A stretch of 49,063 bases of DNA from Candidatus Magasanikiibacteriota bacterium (GCA_023246555.1 JAHFIC010000002.1:1-49063), one strand, 5' to 3'; counted from the stretch's first letter, positions 35,308 through 44,050 are shown. Made by a program: numbers and translations. Notes: a model not told the origin generated them from the letters alone.

Positions 35308-36344
35308 AGAAAAGTTAAAAATTTTTGCCATTCGCTTCGGACATCTCGAATAATCTGCTCTCGCTCTTTGTGGGTTTTTGATTGGGAAAAAGCGATTTTT
35401 TTCTCTTGAATCAGCGTGACAAAATCCGCTACCTGTGAAAGGTCCGCTTCTTGTTCGGCCAAGTCTTCAGCTCGCTTTTCGAGATTATAAAAGCGGAAAA
35501 TAATAAGAGCGAACACTCGCTCGCGAAGCTCGCGTTTGCATTCTGCCTGCTCTTGCCCATTTTTACCTTCGCATTTTTTTACTTCTTCTCTCATGACAGG
35601 TCCAAGCTGTAATGCGGCTTTCGCGCAGGCATTGCGCGCCGCGTCATCTTTTTTATTCCAGCACGGCTGGTAGGATTTGTAGCGCTCAATGCAGAGCGAT
35701 CGAGCGTCTTTGTCCTCTAAAAGCCGGCAGGCTTCCGGCAGGTATTCAATCTCGAGTTCACGCGCGACGCCTGCCGGGGTAAGATTCAAACGACAGAAAA
35801 CGCGATCGCGGAGTGTTCGGAGATTGCCGCATTGGAGCGTCTCGCATCGCTTCGTGAATCGCGGGCTTGGGGTATCGGCCGCCGCGCAATCATTTTTTTT
35901 CAGGCAGGTGCGAATTTGATTGCCTTGGGGATCGCACGCTGTCCACGCCGTGCACCCCCAAGTGTCTTCGGTGCATGCGACTGGCAGAGGCGTTGGAGGA
36001 GTTGGGGCAAGCGTTGGTGCTGGCGTATGTACTGGCGCTGGTGCGGGTGGTGGCGTCGGTACTGGCGTCGGCGCGGGTTCGGGTGGTGGGGCAGGCTGTG
36101 ACGGCGGCACACAATCCTTTTTTTCTTCGGGTCGTTTGGTATCCACAGCCTCGCCCAGACAGTCAAATGTTTTAACACAAGTTCTCTTGGCAGATCCTTG
36201 GGGAGAGCACTCGCCCCAGTCACTACAGACCCAGACGTCGGAATCGCATGATGGAACAGAGCCGCCACTGCCTCCGCCGGCGGCATGGGCAGTCGTTCCT
36301 TGAAGAGAGGCGAGAAGCATGATGGAAAAAAGTATGTGGCGCAT
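35304..36344 (-). CDS. secreted Cys-rich protein with two thrombospondin-type-1-like W-x-x-C...G...R-T-C repeats and a Pro-rich linker
   Basis: Signal peptide MRHILFSIMLLASLQGTTAHA. The repeats are DWGECSPQGSAKRTC and AWTACDPQGNQIRTC. The longer track ORF (to 36734) would overlap the divergent ppc gene. Confidence 0.65.
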   Translation of the reverse strand: MRHILFSIMLLASLQGTTAHAAGGGSGGSVPSCDSDVWVCSDWGECSPQGSAKRTCVKTFDCLGEAVDTKRPEEKKDCVPPSQPAPPPEPAPTPVPTPPPAPAPVHTPAPTLAPTPPTPLPVACTEDTWGCTAWTACDPQGNQIRTCLKKNDCAAADTPSPRFTKRCETLQCGNLRTLRDRVFCRLNLTPAGVARELEIEYLPEACRLLEDKDARSLCIERYKSYQPCWNKKDDAARNACAKAALQLGPVMREEVKKCEGKNGQEQAECKRELRERVFALIIFRFYNLEKRAEDLAEQEADLSQVADFVTLIQEKKIAFSQSKTHKEREQIIRDVRSEWQKFLTFL

Positions 36345-36388
36345 AGGAGTAGGAATTCTATCTCCCCTATGATACCATGATGATCGGT

Positions 36389-37846
36389 ATGACGACCATT
36401 CCCCGCACCATGAGCACCCAGCATCCGGATAATGTGAATATGCCGTTTTTCGCTGAGCATCAGATGCTCGGTGGTGAAGATGAAATTCAAGAGGCTTTTT
36501 ACGCCTACGCGCATTTAGGGTGTGGAGAACAGATGTGGGATTTTGAAGGGAAAGAGGTAGATAATTTTGTCGTAAAAAAGCTTTTGGCAAAAAACGAGTC
36601 ATTTTTTCGAAAGAAAAAACTTGGGCAAGATGTGCGATTGACTTTTCGCGTGCCGAATCCAGACATTGAGCGCGGAGAAGCAAAGATTCTTTTGGAAACG
36701 CTTGAAAGTATTCCTCGTTCGTTTGATGCGGCAAAATTATTTTATGGCGAGGGGATCGCTCCGGTGTTTGAAGTCATTCTTCCTATGACCACGTCTGCGG
36801 TGGCCATGAATCGCATCTATCGCTACTATACCGATGTTGTCGTTGGGAAATCCGGTAAGACGCTTGGGGACGGCATGACGATCGGGGAATGGATCGGAGA
36901 ATTTTTGCCAGACCGAGTTCATGTCATTCCGCTTTTTGAAGACAGAGAGCACATGCTTGGGTCTGCAGATATTGTCCGCGAGTATCTTCAGGACAAACGC
37001 GTGCCATATCAACGGGTGTTTCTTGCGCGGTCAGATCCGGCCGTCAACTACGGACAGATCGCCACAGTGCTCATGAATAAAATTGCATTGCAACGCCTCT
37101 GGCGTTTGTCAGAGGAAATCGGCGTTCCTATCTATCCGATTCTCGGCGTTGGTTCTGCCCCGTTTCGTGGGAATCTGCGGCCAGAGACAGCACAGGGGAT
37201 TTTGAATGGATATCCGAGCGTTGAGACATTTACCATTCAGTCATCCTTCAAATTCGATCATACTCCCGACGTGGTGCAAAAAGCCATTGCCCTATTAAAT
37301 GACACGCCGCGGCAAGCGCCGCTGCTCATCGACGAGGAGCGCGCTTTGCGCATTATTGACATATATCGGGCAGCGTATGGCGTACAGCTCCGGCGTATTG
37401 TCGAACCGGTAAATCGCGTTGCTCGGTTTATTCCAAAACGTCGGAAGCGAAAATTGCATACTGGTTTGTTTGGTTATTCACGTGAGGTGGATGAGATGAA
37501 ATTGCCTCGGGCCATTACCTTCACCGCCTCCATGTATTCTTTGGGTGTTCCACCGGAGCTTTTGGGGTTTCATGCGCTCACGCAAGAAGATAAGGCCTTT
37601 ATTGAGACGGTCTACCCACATATGAAAGAAGATTTGCGTGACGCGGCACGGTTTGCTGATCGGGAAAGTCCATTTTTTCCAGAAGAATTACAGCAGTGTG
37701 TTGACGAGTTGGCGTCAGGTGGTGTGGTGTCCCAAGCGCATCGGGAGGAAACAAAATGGATTGCAAAAAATATTCAGGAAAATACAGTCGTTGATCTTGG
37801 GGATGCGGTTCTTGCCGCTGCCCAGATACGGGGTTTCCTTGGTTAG
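36389..37846 (+). CDS. ppcA: phosphoenolpyruvate carboxylase, archaeal type
   Basis: The N-terminal IPRTMSTQHPDNV signature and ~485-aa length are typical of archaeal-type PEPC, as opposed to the ~900-aa bacterial Ppc. Confidence 0.85.
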   Translation: MTTIPRTMSTQHPDNVNMPFFAEHQMLGGEDEIQEAFYAYAHLGCGEQMWDFEGKEVDNFVVKKLLAKNESFFRKKKLGQDVRLTFRVPNPDIERGEAKILLETLESIPRSFDAAKLFYGEGIAPVFEVILPMTTSAVAMNRIYRYYTDVVVGKSGKTLGDGMTIGEWIGEFLPDRVHVIPLFEDREHMLGSADIVREYLQDKRVPYQRVFLARSDPAVNYGQIATVLMNKIALQRLWRLSEEIGVPIYPILGVGSAPFRGNLRPETAQGILNGYPSVETFTIQSSFKFDHTPDVVQKAIALLNDTPRQAPLLIDEERALRIIDIYRAAYGVQLRRIVEPVNRVARFIPKRRKRKLHTGLFGYSREVDEMKLPRAITFTASMYSLGVPPELLGFHALTQEDKAFIETVYPHMKEDLRDAARFADRESPFFPEELQQCVDELASGGVVSQAHREETKWIAKNIQENTVVDLGDAVLAAAQIRGFLG

Positions 37847-37853
37847 AGTACTG

Positions 37854-37862
37854 TGGTATACT
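37854..37862 (+). promoter_or_regulatory. extended -10 promoter (TGGTATACT) upstream of the Cys-rich membrane protein gene
   Basis: Same nonamer as at 20412 and 23229. Confidence 0.45.
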
Positions 37863-37923
37863 CGAATTGACAAAAAATAAAGGTCGAACACGAATCGATT
37901 CTCAATAATAATTTTATAGATCT

Positions 37924-38187
37924 ATGGATCAAATGACACACAAAGAAGGTGATGCGTGTTGCGGGTCAGGCATGTGCGGTTCGAGCGGGTGCGGTACCGG
38001 CGGCAAAAATTGCTGCAAGTGCATGCATCACAAAGTGCCATCATTACTCGTGGTATTGTTCGGTCTTCTGTTTCTGTTAAAAGCGTGGGACATGGTAAGT
38101 ATGGGTTTTGTCGACGTCGCATGGCCAGTACTCGTAATACTCTTGGGACTGATGAAGCTCACAAGCGGGAAATGCAAATGTTGCTAA
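37924..38187 (+). CDS. small membrane protein with Cys-rich termini
   Basis: N-terminus CCGSGMCGSSGCGTGGKNCCKCMHH, two TM helices and a C-terminal KCKCC. A strong terminator follows. Confidence 0.6.
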   Translation: MDQMTHKEGDACCGSGMCGSSGCGTGGKNCCKCMHHKVPSLLVVLFGLLFLLKAWDMVSMGFVDVAWPVLVILLGLMKLTSGKCKCC

Positions 38188-38206
38188 GTTTACCATTCAA
38201 ACAAAA

Positions 38207-38233
38207 AGGATCCACAGATGTGGATCCTTTTTG
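38207..38233 (+). terminator. intrinsic terminator
   Basis: AGGATCCACA/TGTGGATCCT stem followed by TTTTT. Confidence 0.8.
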
Positions 38234-38283
38234 ATTTTACCAGTTGTAGCATGGTATAACCTCTTGTATAAAGGGAGGTTATC

Positions 38284-38964
38284 ATGCGTTTGGTTCGAGA
38301 GGTGGGAATAAGGCCAGAGATCGTCACAGTTCGCGGTGTTCATCGGGAACGGGACGGGTACCTCAAGCTATACGTTTATACAAACGGAAAAGGTGAACCG
38401 CGGGCGTTTGCTCGATGTGGGAGTGGTGCGTCAGTGACAGTCCTCCCGTTTGACGCGATTCGTCGAGAGGTGATCCTGATTGAACAGCCGCGTAGTCTTC
38501 TACCGTTTTCGGAGGGAATCACCGAAGCAAGGAATATTCTCTGCTGTGCGGATCATGGCGGGACACCAAACCCAATCCATTTCGCCTCGAGCGGTGTTCT
38601 TAGTCTCGAAGGACCCGGTGGTATGGTGGAAGAAGGAGAAACAGCACTTGAGGCCGCGTGTCGAGAGCTCAAAGAAGAGACATTGATCACTGTGAGTAAG
38701 GAAACCTTGATCCACCGGGGAACTCAATACCCATCGAATGGGATCCTGACCCAGCGGGTTGATTGTTACTTTGCACCTGTTGATACCGCTGCTTTCGGTG
38801 CATCTCCAGAGCGCTTTGAGAGTGGAACGGGGGAAAGTATCCGCGTTTACTGTTTGCCATTCGACGAAGCATTCGCACTTGCGGAACGTGGAGAAATTCA
38901 TGCCCCATGCACCTTGGACCTGCTGCAAGCGCTCCATATCCGGTGTCTGAAAGGCCTTATCTGA
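38284..38964 (+). CDS. NUDIX hydrolase family protein
   Basis: Nudix box GGMVEEGETALEAACRELKEETLI, an AGGGAGG SD sequence, and TGGTATAAC at 38252-38260. Confidence 0.75.
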   Translation: MRLVREVGIRPEIVTVRGVHRERDGYLKLYVYTNGKGEPRAFARCGSGASVTVLPFDAIRREVILIEQPRSLLPFSEGITEARNILCCADHGGTPNPIHFASSGVLSLEGPGGMVEEGETALEAACRELKEETLITVSKETLIHRGTQYPSNGILTQRVDCYFAPVDTAAFGASPERFESGTGESIRVYCLPFDEAFALAERGEIHAPCTLDLLQALHIRCLKGLI

Positions 38965-39023
38965 AGCCTCTGGAAGAAATATCGCATTTGTGCTAGGGTG
39001 GCTGAATAGGAGGAGGTAGGCAA

Positions 39024-39311
39024 ATGAGGATAGTTCGAGGGCCGATTGGGTGGATCTTGGTGATCGTCGGCTGGAGCATCGCTGGCATAGCGTTTTTAGT
39101 GGCGTTTGCCAGCCTAGTCGCTTTTTTGGTACTTCTGTGTTTCTTTTTGGACCAGTGCTGGCAGCCGACGTACGTCGGTTGCATCCACGAGGCGGGTCGG
39201 CTTGATTCATCTTTTTTTATCGCCGAGGGGTTCGGGCTAGCTGTTTGTCTACTTGTCGGCTATGTTGGGATGCTTATTCGGGCGGGCGGAAGGAGATTGC
39301 GGGCAGTCTAG
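39024..39311 (+). CDS. small hydrophobic membrane protein
   Basis: GGAGGAGG SD sequence, three predicted TM segments, and a terminator downstream. Confidence 0.55.
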   Translation: MRIVRGPIGWILVIVGWSIAGIAFLVAFASLVAFLVLLCFFLDQCWQPTYVGCIHEAGRLDSSFFIAEGFGLAVCLLVGYVGMLIRAGGRRLRAV

Positions 39312-39333
39312 AAAACCGTTCCGGAGTAGTTAG

Positions 39334-39370
39334 CTCTGCGTGGATCGAGAAGTGAAACGCAGAGTTTTTT
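39334..39370 (+). terminator. intrinsic terminator
   Basis: CTCTGCG...CGCAGAG stem followed by T6. Confidence 0.7.
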
Positions 39371-39371
39371 A

Positions 39372-39400
39372 TTGACAGAAAGAGATTTTTTAGATATAGT
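39372..39400 (+). promoter_or_regulatory. typA promoter
   Basis: TTGACA, a 17-nt spacer, then TATAGT. The ATG at 39411 is 10 nt after the -10 box. Confidence 0.6.
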
Positions 39401-39410
39401 GTGCGTCTAT

Positions 39411-41198
39411 ATGGAAATTCGCAATATCGCAATTATCGCACACGTTGATCACGGCAAGACCACGCTCACCGATGCTTTGATGCGCCAAACCGGCATGGTC
39501 ACCGACGAAACGGTTAGCATGGACAGTAACGCTCTTGAAAAAGAGCGCGGCATTACGATTTATGCCAAAAATACCTCCACATTTTATAAAGACACAAAAA
39601 TTAATATCGTGGATACTCCCGGTCACGCGGATTTTGGCTCTGAGGTCGAGCGCGTGCTTCGTTCGATTGATTCCGTCCTCCTGATTGTCGATGCTCAAGA
39701 AGGTCCCATGCCGCAGACAAAATTTGTGCTCAAGAAATCACTTGAGTTGGGGTTAAAGCCGATTGTGGTTTTAAATAAGATTGATAAACCAGCAGCAGAT
39801 CCGGTGCGTGCGCATGATCAAGTCCTTGAGTTGTTTATGGATTTGGGTGCCAACGATGAACAGCTGAATTTTACGACGGTCTATGCGATTGGACGCCAAG
39901 GGATTGCCAAGAAAAATCTTGCCGATGAGTCGACAAATTTAAACCCGCTTTTGGATATTATTTTAGAAAAAGTGCCGCCAGCACCTTCTGACACGACAAA
40001 GCCGCTCCGCATGCAGCCGTTCAATCTTGGCTACGACAATTTTGTCGGTCGCCTTGCGATCGGTCGCGTATACGAAGGAGTCATTCATACCGGCGACAAA
40101 GTCGTGGTGAAGAATCCAGACGGTAAGACGCGCACAGCAACGATTACAAAACTTTTTACCTTTCGTGGTACGCATCGACAGGAAGCAACAGAGGCGTTTG
40201 CTGGTGACATTGTCATGGTCGCCGGCATTGCCAATATTGATATTGGTGAAACAATTTGCATGAGCGTTGATCAGGAATCGCTTCCAGCCATTCGTGTTGA
40301 TGAACCAACAATTTCTCTGAATTTTCTTGTGAATAGCTCTCCATTTGCCGGAAAAGACGGGAAGTTTGTGACTAATCGCCAGATCAAAGAGCGGCTCGAG
40401 AAAGAGCTGGAAGTGAATGTGGGACTGAAAATTGATTTTTCTTCAAGCGATTATTACACGGTCTATGGCCGCGGTGAACTCCACATTGCGATTTTGCTTG
40501 AAAATATGCGCCGTGAAGGATACGAACTGCAAGTATCGCAGCCTCATGTCATTATTAAAGAAGTGAATGGACAGAAATTGGAGCCTTTTGAAGAAGCGAC
40601 CGTGGATACCCCGGAGACATTTACCGGTACGGTGATTGAAAAAATGTCCAAGCGCAAAGGTAGCATGGTTGAGATGAAACCCAATCACGGGATGACGCGT
40701 ATTGTTTTTGAAATCCCCACACGCGGGCTTTTAGGATATCGAAGTGAATTTGTTATGGACACGCGCGGCGAGGGGATTCTCTGCAGTCGATTTTTGGAAT
40801 TCCGTCCGTTTGTTGGCGAGATCGAAAAACGCGATGTTGGCTCTATGGTTTCCATGGAAACAGGCAAGGCACTTGGCTATTCACTCGCAAATTTACAAGA
40901 GCGGGGAGTATTGTATATCGGACCGAACACCGACGTGTACGAGGGTATGGTGATTGGGAATGTATCGAAAGGCAATGACATGGTGGTGAACCCGATTAAA
41001 GGCAAACAATTGACGAATATGCGCGCGTCCGGCACCGACGAGGCGCTCCAGCTTACGCCACATATGGAAGTGACGCTCGAGCGCGGACTTGAAATTATGG
41101 CAGAAGATGAATACCTCGAAATTACGCCCAAACATATCCGACTTCGGAAGCAGATCCTTACCGAGAGCGAACGGACCAGAGTCTCGCGGAGGAATTAA
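39411..41198 (+). CDS. typA: translational GTPase TypA/BipA
   Basis: NIAIIAHVDHGKTTL, DTPGHADF and NKID motifs; ~595 aa. Confidence 0.95.
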   Translation: MEIRNIAIIAHVDHGKTTLTDALMRQTGMVTDETVSMDSNALEKERGITIYAKNTSTFYKDTKINIVDTPGHADFGSEVERVLRSIDSVLLIVDAQEGPMPQTKFVLKKSLELGLKPIVVLNKIDKPAADPVRAHDQVLELFMDLGANDEQLNFTTVYAIGRQGIAKKNLADESTNLNPLLDIILEKVPPAPSDTTKPLRMQPFNLGYDNFVGRLAIGRVYEGVIHTGDKVVVKNPDGKTRTATITKLFTFRGTHRQEATEAFAGDIVMVAGIANIDIGETICMSVDQESLPAIRVDEPTISLNFLVNSSPFAGKDGKFVTNRQIKERLEKELEVNVGLKIDFSSSDYYTVYGRGELHIAILLENMRREGYELQVSQPHVIIKEVNGQKLEPFEEATVDTPETFTGTVIEKMSKRKGSMVEMKPNHGMTRIVFEIPTRGLLGYRSEFVMDTRGEGILCSRFLEFRPFVGEIEKRDVGSMVSMETGKALGYSLANLQERGVLYIGPNTDVYEGMVIGNVSKGNDMVVNPIKGKQLTNMRASGTDEALQLTPHMEVTLERGLEIMAEDEYLEITPKHIRLRKQILTESERTRVSRRN

Positions 41199-41255
41199 AA
41201 AAGACCTTGAGGTGAAGAATAACCCCGAGGCCTTCTTTTCTGCTTGTGCGGAGGA

Positions 41256-42038
41256 TTACGGTTTTCCCTTGCACTCTGGCGCTGCGGTAGCAGTGAGCGT
41301 CCACGTCGCAATCCAGTAGTAGTCATCACCATAGATGAGTTGCCAGTAGTTTCGTTCAAATGGGTCGCGATCGTTGGAGTCGATCACGTAGTAGCGTGTT
41401 GGCGTGTCATCGAGCGGCGTAAAACCGTAGACCACCCGGACGTGCGATTGATACTCCCCGTTACTGTCCCTTTTCGTGCTTTGCACTACGATCATCACCG
41501 GCCGGTTGTTTGACAGCTCCCACTGAAGATCGGTTTCACTGAACCATTGGGTCGCGTTGTAGGAGACCTCGTGCTCGTAGCCGGTCAGCTTGAACGCCTT
41601 TCGAATCTGCTCGTCCGTCCCGCCGTGGTCGCAGGTCGTGTCGCAGGCTTCGGGGACACAGCAATCCGGATAGGAAATCGCGGGGTGCGTCGTCGAGGTG
41701 CTCACGATTGCAACCGTCGTCGTCTGCGTGACGAGGTCGCACGGCCGAATCGCGTCTCGCGTGTAGTAGCTGCCGATCATGGCGACATCAGTCGCCCAGC
41801 ACCACTTGCATCGTTGGACGAAGCCCGGCACTTTGAGCTGGACGCCCTGAGATTTGATTGGCCCGAAATCGCAGATGGTGGCGAAAGGCTTTTTTGCCGG
41901 CATCGTCGAAACCCGTGCACAGCAAATACTTGTTCCGACAAGGATGCCTGTGAGAACCGACACCCAAAGAAAGATAATCAGAAAACTTCTATCGATTTTG
42001 AAAGAGCCCACGCCTTCCTCCTTTCCATGGTTGCGCAT
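41256..42038 (-). CDS. membrane-anchored papain-like cysteine peptidase (C70/C39-like), high GC
   Basis: Q-x5-C-W-A motif (FVQRCKWCWATDVAMIGSYY), a later SHVRVVYGF His and a VIDSND Asp/Asn. N-terminal TM anchor and many Cys residues. Start at 42038 (MRNHGK). Confidence 0.6.
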   Translation of the reverse strand: MRNHGKEEGVGSFKIDRSFLIIFLWVSVLTGILVGTSICCARVSTMPAKKPFATICDFGPIKSQGVQLKVPGFVQRCKWCWATDVAMIGSYYTRDAIRPCDLVTQTTTVAIVSTSTTHPAISYPDCCVPEACDTTCDHGGTDEQIRKAFKLTGYEHEVSYNATQWFSETDLQWELSNNRPVMIVVQSTKRDSNGEYQSHVRVVYGFTPLDDTPTRYYVIDSNDRDPFERNYWQLIYGDDYYWIATWTLTATAAPECKGKP

Positions 42039-42073
42039 GTTGTTTCTTTCTAGTAAACTATATTTATATCCAT

Positions 42074-42550
42074 ATGCCAAGTAAAACCTCCCCCAAAGAT
42101 TTTTTCATGCATCTTTTGGCTATGGTAGCGCTCTATGGAAGCGCGATCAGTTTTTCAGCGATTGTTTTTCAATATATTAATTTACGCATCCCGGACGCGC
42201 TTGAAATGGCGCAGTATTTCTCTCCCGAGAACGCAAAAGAGATTATTCGCCGTTCACTTTCGTTTCTCATCATCCTTTTCCCCGTGTATATTGCGACCGC
42301 GTGGCAGCTTCAAAAAATTTATCGAGAATATCCCGAGAAGCGCGAACTGTGGGTTCGCCGTTGGTTGACCTACCTCACCTTGTTTATTGCCGCTCTGATT
42401 ATCATTTTTGATTTGGTGTCGCTCGTGAATCATTTTCTTGATGGTGAACTCACCCTCCGTTTCTTTCTAAAAGTGTTCACGATTTTATTCGTAGCCGGAT
42501 CGATCTTCGGCTACTATCTGTGGGATCTCAAGAAATATCGAGTTGAATAA
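42074..42550 (+). CDS. DUF5671 membrane protein
   Basis: PKDFFMHLLAMVALY...RRWLTYLTLFIAA...LDGELTLRFFLKV pattern. Confidence 0.75.
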   Translation: MPSKTSPKDFFMHLLAMVALYGSAISFSAIVFQYINLRIPDALEMAQYFSPENAKEIIRRSLSFLIILFPVYIATAWQLQKIYREYPEKRELWVRRWLTYLTLFIAALIIIFDLVSLVNHFLDGELTLRFFLKVFTILFVAGSIFGYYLWDLKKYRVE

Positions 42551-42558
42551 AAGGTCGT

Positions 42559-43032
42559 ATGAAGATTTTTGTCGGGAGTATCATAGTTATTGTTTTTGCT
42601 GCCATCCTTGTAGGCGTTTATGTTGTCGGCTCTCCAAACCAGGCTCGGCTGAAACGTTTTGATGAGATTCGTCTGGGGAACTTGCAGATGATCCAGGGAG
42701 AACTCACCAATTATTGGCAGGCGAAAAAAGATCTACCAACCGCTGTTGAAGAGCTGAATGACACTCTTCGTGGATTTGCTCTTCCGAAAGATCCGAGAAG
42801 CGCCACGGAATATGAGTATGTGCGAAAAAGCGCGGAAGAGTTTGTACTGTGCGCTGTATTTGACACGGCCAGCGAGTCGGACACTCTTGGAGCAAAGTAT
42901 CCAGTACCGTATCCTGCGGCGTATCCGTATGGTCCGTTTCGTGATGGCGGCAACTGGGAACATGGCATCGGACGCACGTGCTTTGAACGCACCATTGATC
43001 CTGATTTCTTCCAACCACCCAAGCTGGATTAG
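42559..43032 (+). CDS. membrane-anchored hypothetical protein (pseudopilin-like architecture)
   Basis: N-terminal TM followed by RLKRFDEIRLGNLQMIQGELTNYW...LPKDP...YEY, resembling pilin-like proteins but lacking a prepilin cleavage motif. Confidence 0.6.
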   Translation: MKIFVGSIIVIVFAAILVGVYVVGSPNQARLKRFDEIRLGNLQMIQGELTNYWQAKKDLPTAVEELNDTLRGFALPKDPRSATEYEYVRKSAEEFVLCAVFDTASESDTLGAKYPVPYPAAYPYGPFRDGGNWEHGIGRTCFERTIDPDFFQPPKLD

Positions 43033-43055
43033 TCTTACATCGAACAAAGACCACC

Positions 43056-43084
43056 TTGACATAAGGGGGTTTTTGTCGTATACT
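43056..43084 (+). promoter_or_regulatory. near-consensus promoter of the LysM-vWA gene
   Basis: TTGACA, a 17-nt spacer, then TATACT. Confidence 0.65.
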
Positions 43085-43144
43085 GTGCCTTGTTCTTTTT
43101 GAGTGCTTGATGAGCACTCTGCCCTCAAGGAGGGGGCGAAAATC

Positions 43145-43972
43145 ATGCGAAAAGGATTGAATAGCAGACTAAAGATGGCAGGCTTATTTCTAGCTCTGAT
43201 TACCGGCCTGCCCGTTGCGCTCTTGCAGATCAACTGCGACGAAGTGCCGGTGCCATCGGCACAAGCGCCGATGCGCACGCACGTCGTCCAGACCGGTGAG
43301 TTTCTCCGATCGATCGCTGGGCAGTACGATGTCTCGTGGGAGGCGATCCTCCTCACGAACGAGACGTACCTCCAGGCGCAGTACGAGGAGACGTGTGGCA
43401 GCAAACCCGAGAGCTACACCAACAACGCTAGGCGGCGGGGGACCTTCTGCAACAATCGGTACCACAGACCGTACGGGAACACGCTCAAGCCAGGATGGAA
43501 GCTCAACATCCCCGCGTCCACCGCACCCGCTGCGATCAACGCAGTCGTCGAGGCGGCGCACGGCGACAGGATCGCTCTGGTGATCGACGACACCGGTTCC
43601 ATGAACGAAGACCGTCAGCGGGTCAGCGCCTTTTATCTCGCCGCGATCCAACAATACTCGAAGCGGCTCACCGGCGTCTGGCTCTACGCGGACGGTGTCG
43701 TCAGAAAGTATGAAGGCGGCAATGTGCGCTTCTCCACCAGCGGGAATGTGGAGAACACCTTCGGCGCCCTTCGAGAGGCCGCGGCGACGAGTCCTGATAC
43801 GATTATTCTCGTCACGGACGAGCCAGGCGACGATTGGGATTGGTCGGAAGTGAATCGACTGCCGCCGGTTCTCGCGCACTGTCTCAAAGACGGTGGAACC
43901 TTCCTTTGTGAGGAGAATCTCCGTCGCGTCGCGCAGGAGACGAACGGCCGGTATACGGCCGGCATCAAGTAG
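43145..43972 (+). CDS. exported LysM-like plus von Willebrand factor A domain protein, high GC
   Basis: GGAGGGGG SD sequence and a signal/anchor segment. LysM-like HVVQTGEFLRSIAGQYDVSWEAIL...LKPGWKLNIP carries an insert. The MIDAS-like motif is VIDDTGSM. Confidence 0.75.
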   Translation: MRKGLNSRLKMAGLFLALITGLPVALLQINCDEVPVPSAQAPMRTHVVQTGEFLRSIAGQYDVSWEAILLTNETYLQAQYEETCGSKPESYTNNARRRGTFCNNRYHRPYGNTLKPGWKLNIPASTAPAAINAVVEAAHGDRIALVIDDTGSMNEDRQRVSAFYLAAIQQYSKRLTGVWLYADGVVRKYEGGNVRFSTSGNVENTFGALREAAATSPDTIILVTDEPGDDWDWSEVNRLPPVLAHCLKDGGTFLCEENLRRVAQETNGRYTAGIK

Positions 43973-44000
43973 AACATCTTAGCGATCGTCGGCCGCTGTC

Positions 44001-44050
44001 GGGTCAGGCTCTCGGAACCATCATCTCCGATCGAGCCTGGCCCGTTTTTT
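44001..44050 (+). terminator. long-stem intrinsic terminator
   Basis: GGGTCAGGCTC...GAGCCTGGCCC (11 bp including one G-U pair) with an inner TCGGA/TCCGA stem, followed by GTTTTTT. Confidence 0.8.

Noticed and set aside
42039-42080. The longer start (42080) for the cysteine protease, and the longest-ORF starts for several other genes (36734, 32499, 23138, 39372, 44060).
   Set aside because: The extensions overlap divergent or upstream genes and add non-conserved residues ahead of canonical N-termini or signal peptides. They also lack the SD sequence or -10 spacing signals found at the internal starts.
43190-43879. A 229-aa minus-strand ORF antisense to the LysM-vWA gene, and similar shadow ORFs at 29319..30017, 35900..36514, 14639..15286, 13146..13745, 26773..27321 and 31987..32643.
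   Set aside because: Each lies fully inside, or opposite, a well-supported gene or a structured intergenic region. None has a recognisable motif or start signal.
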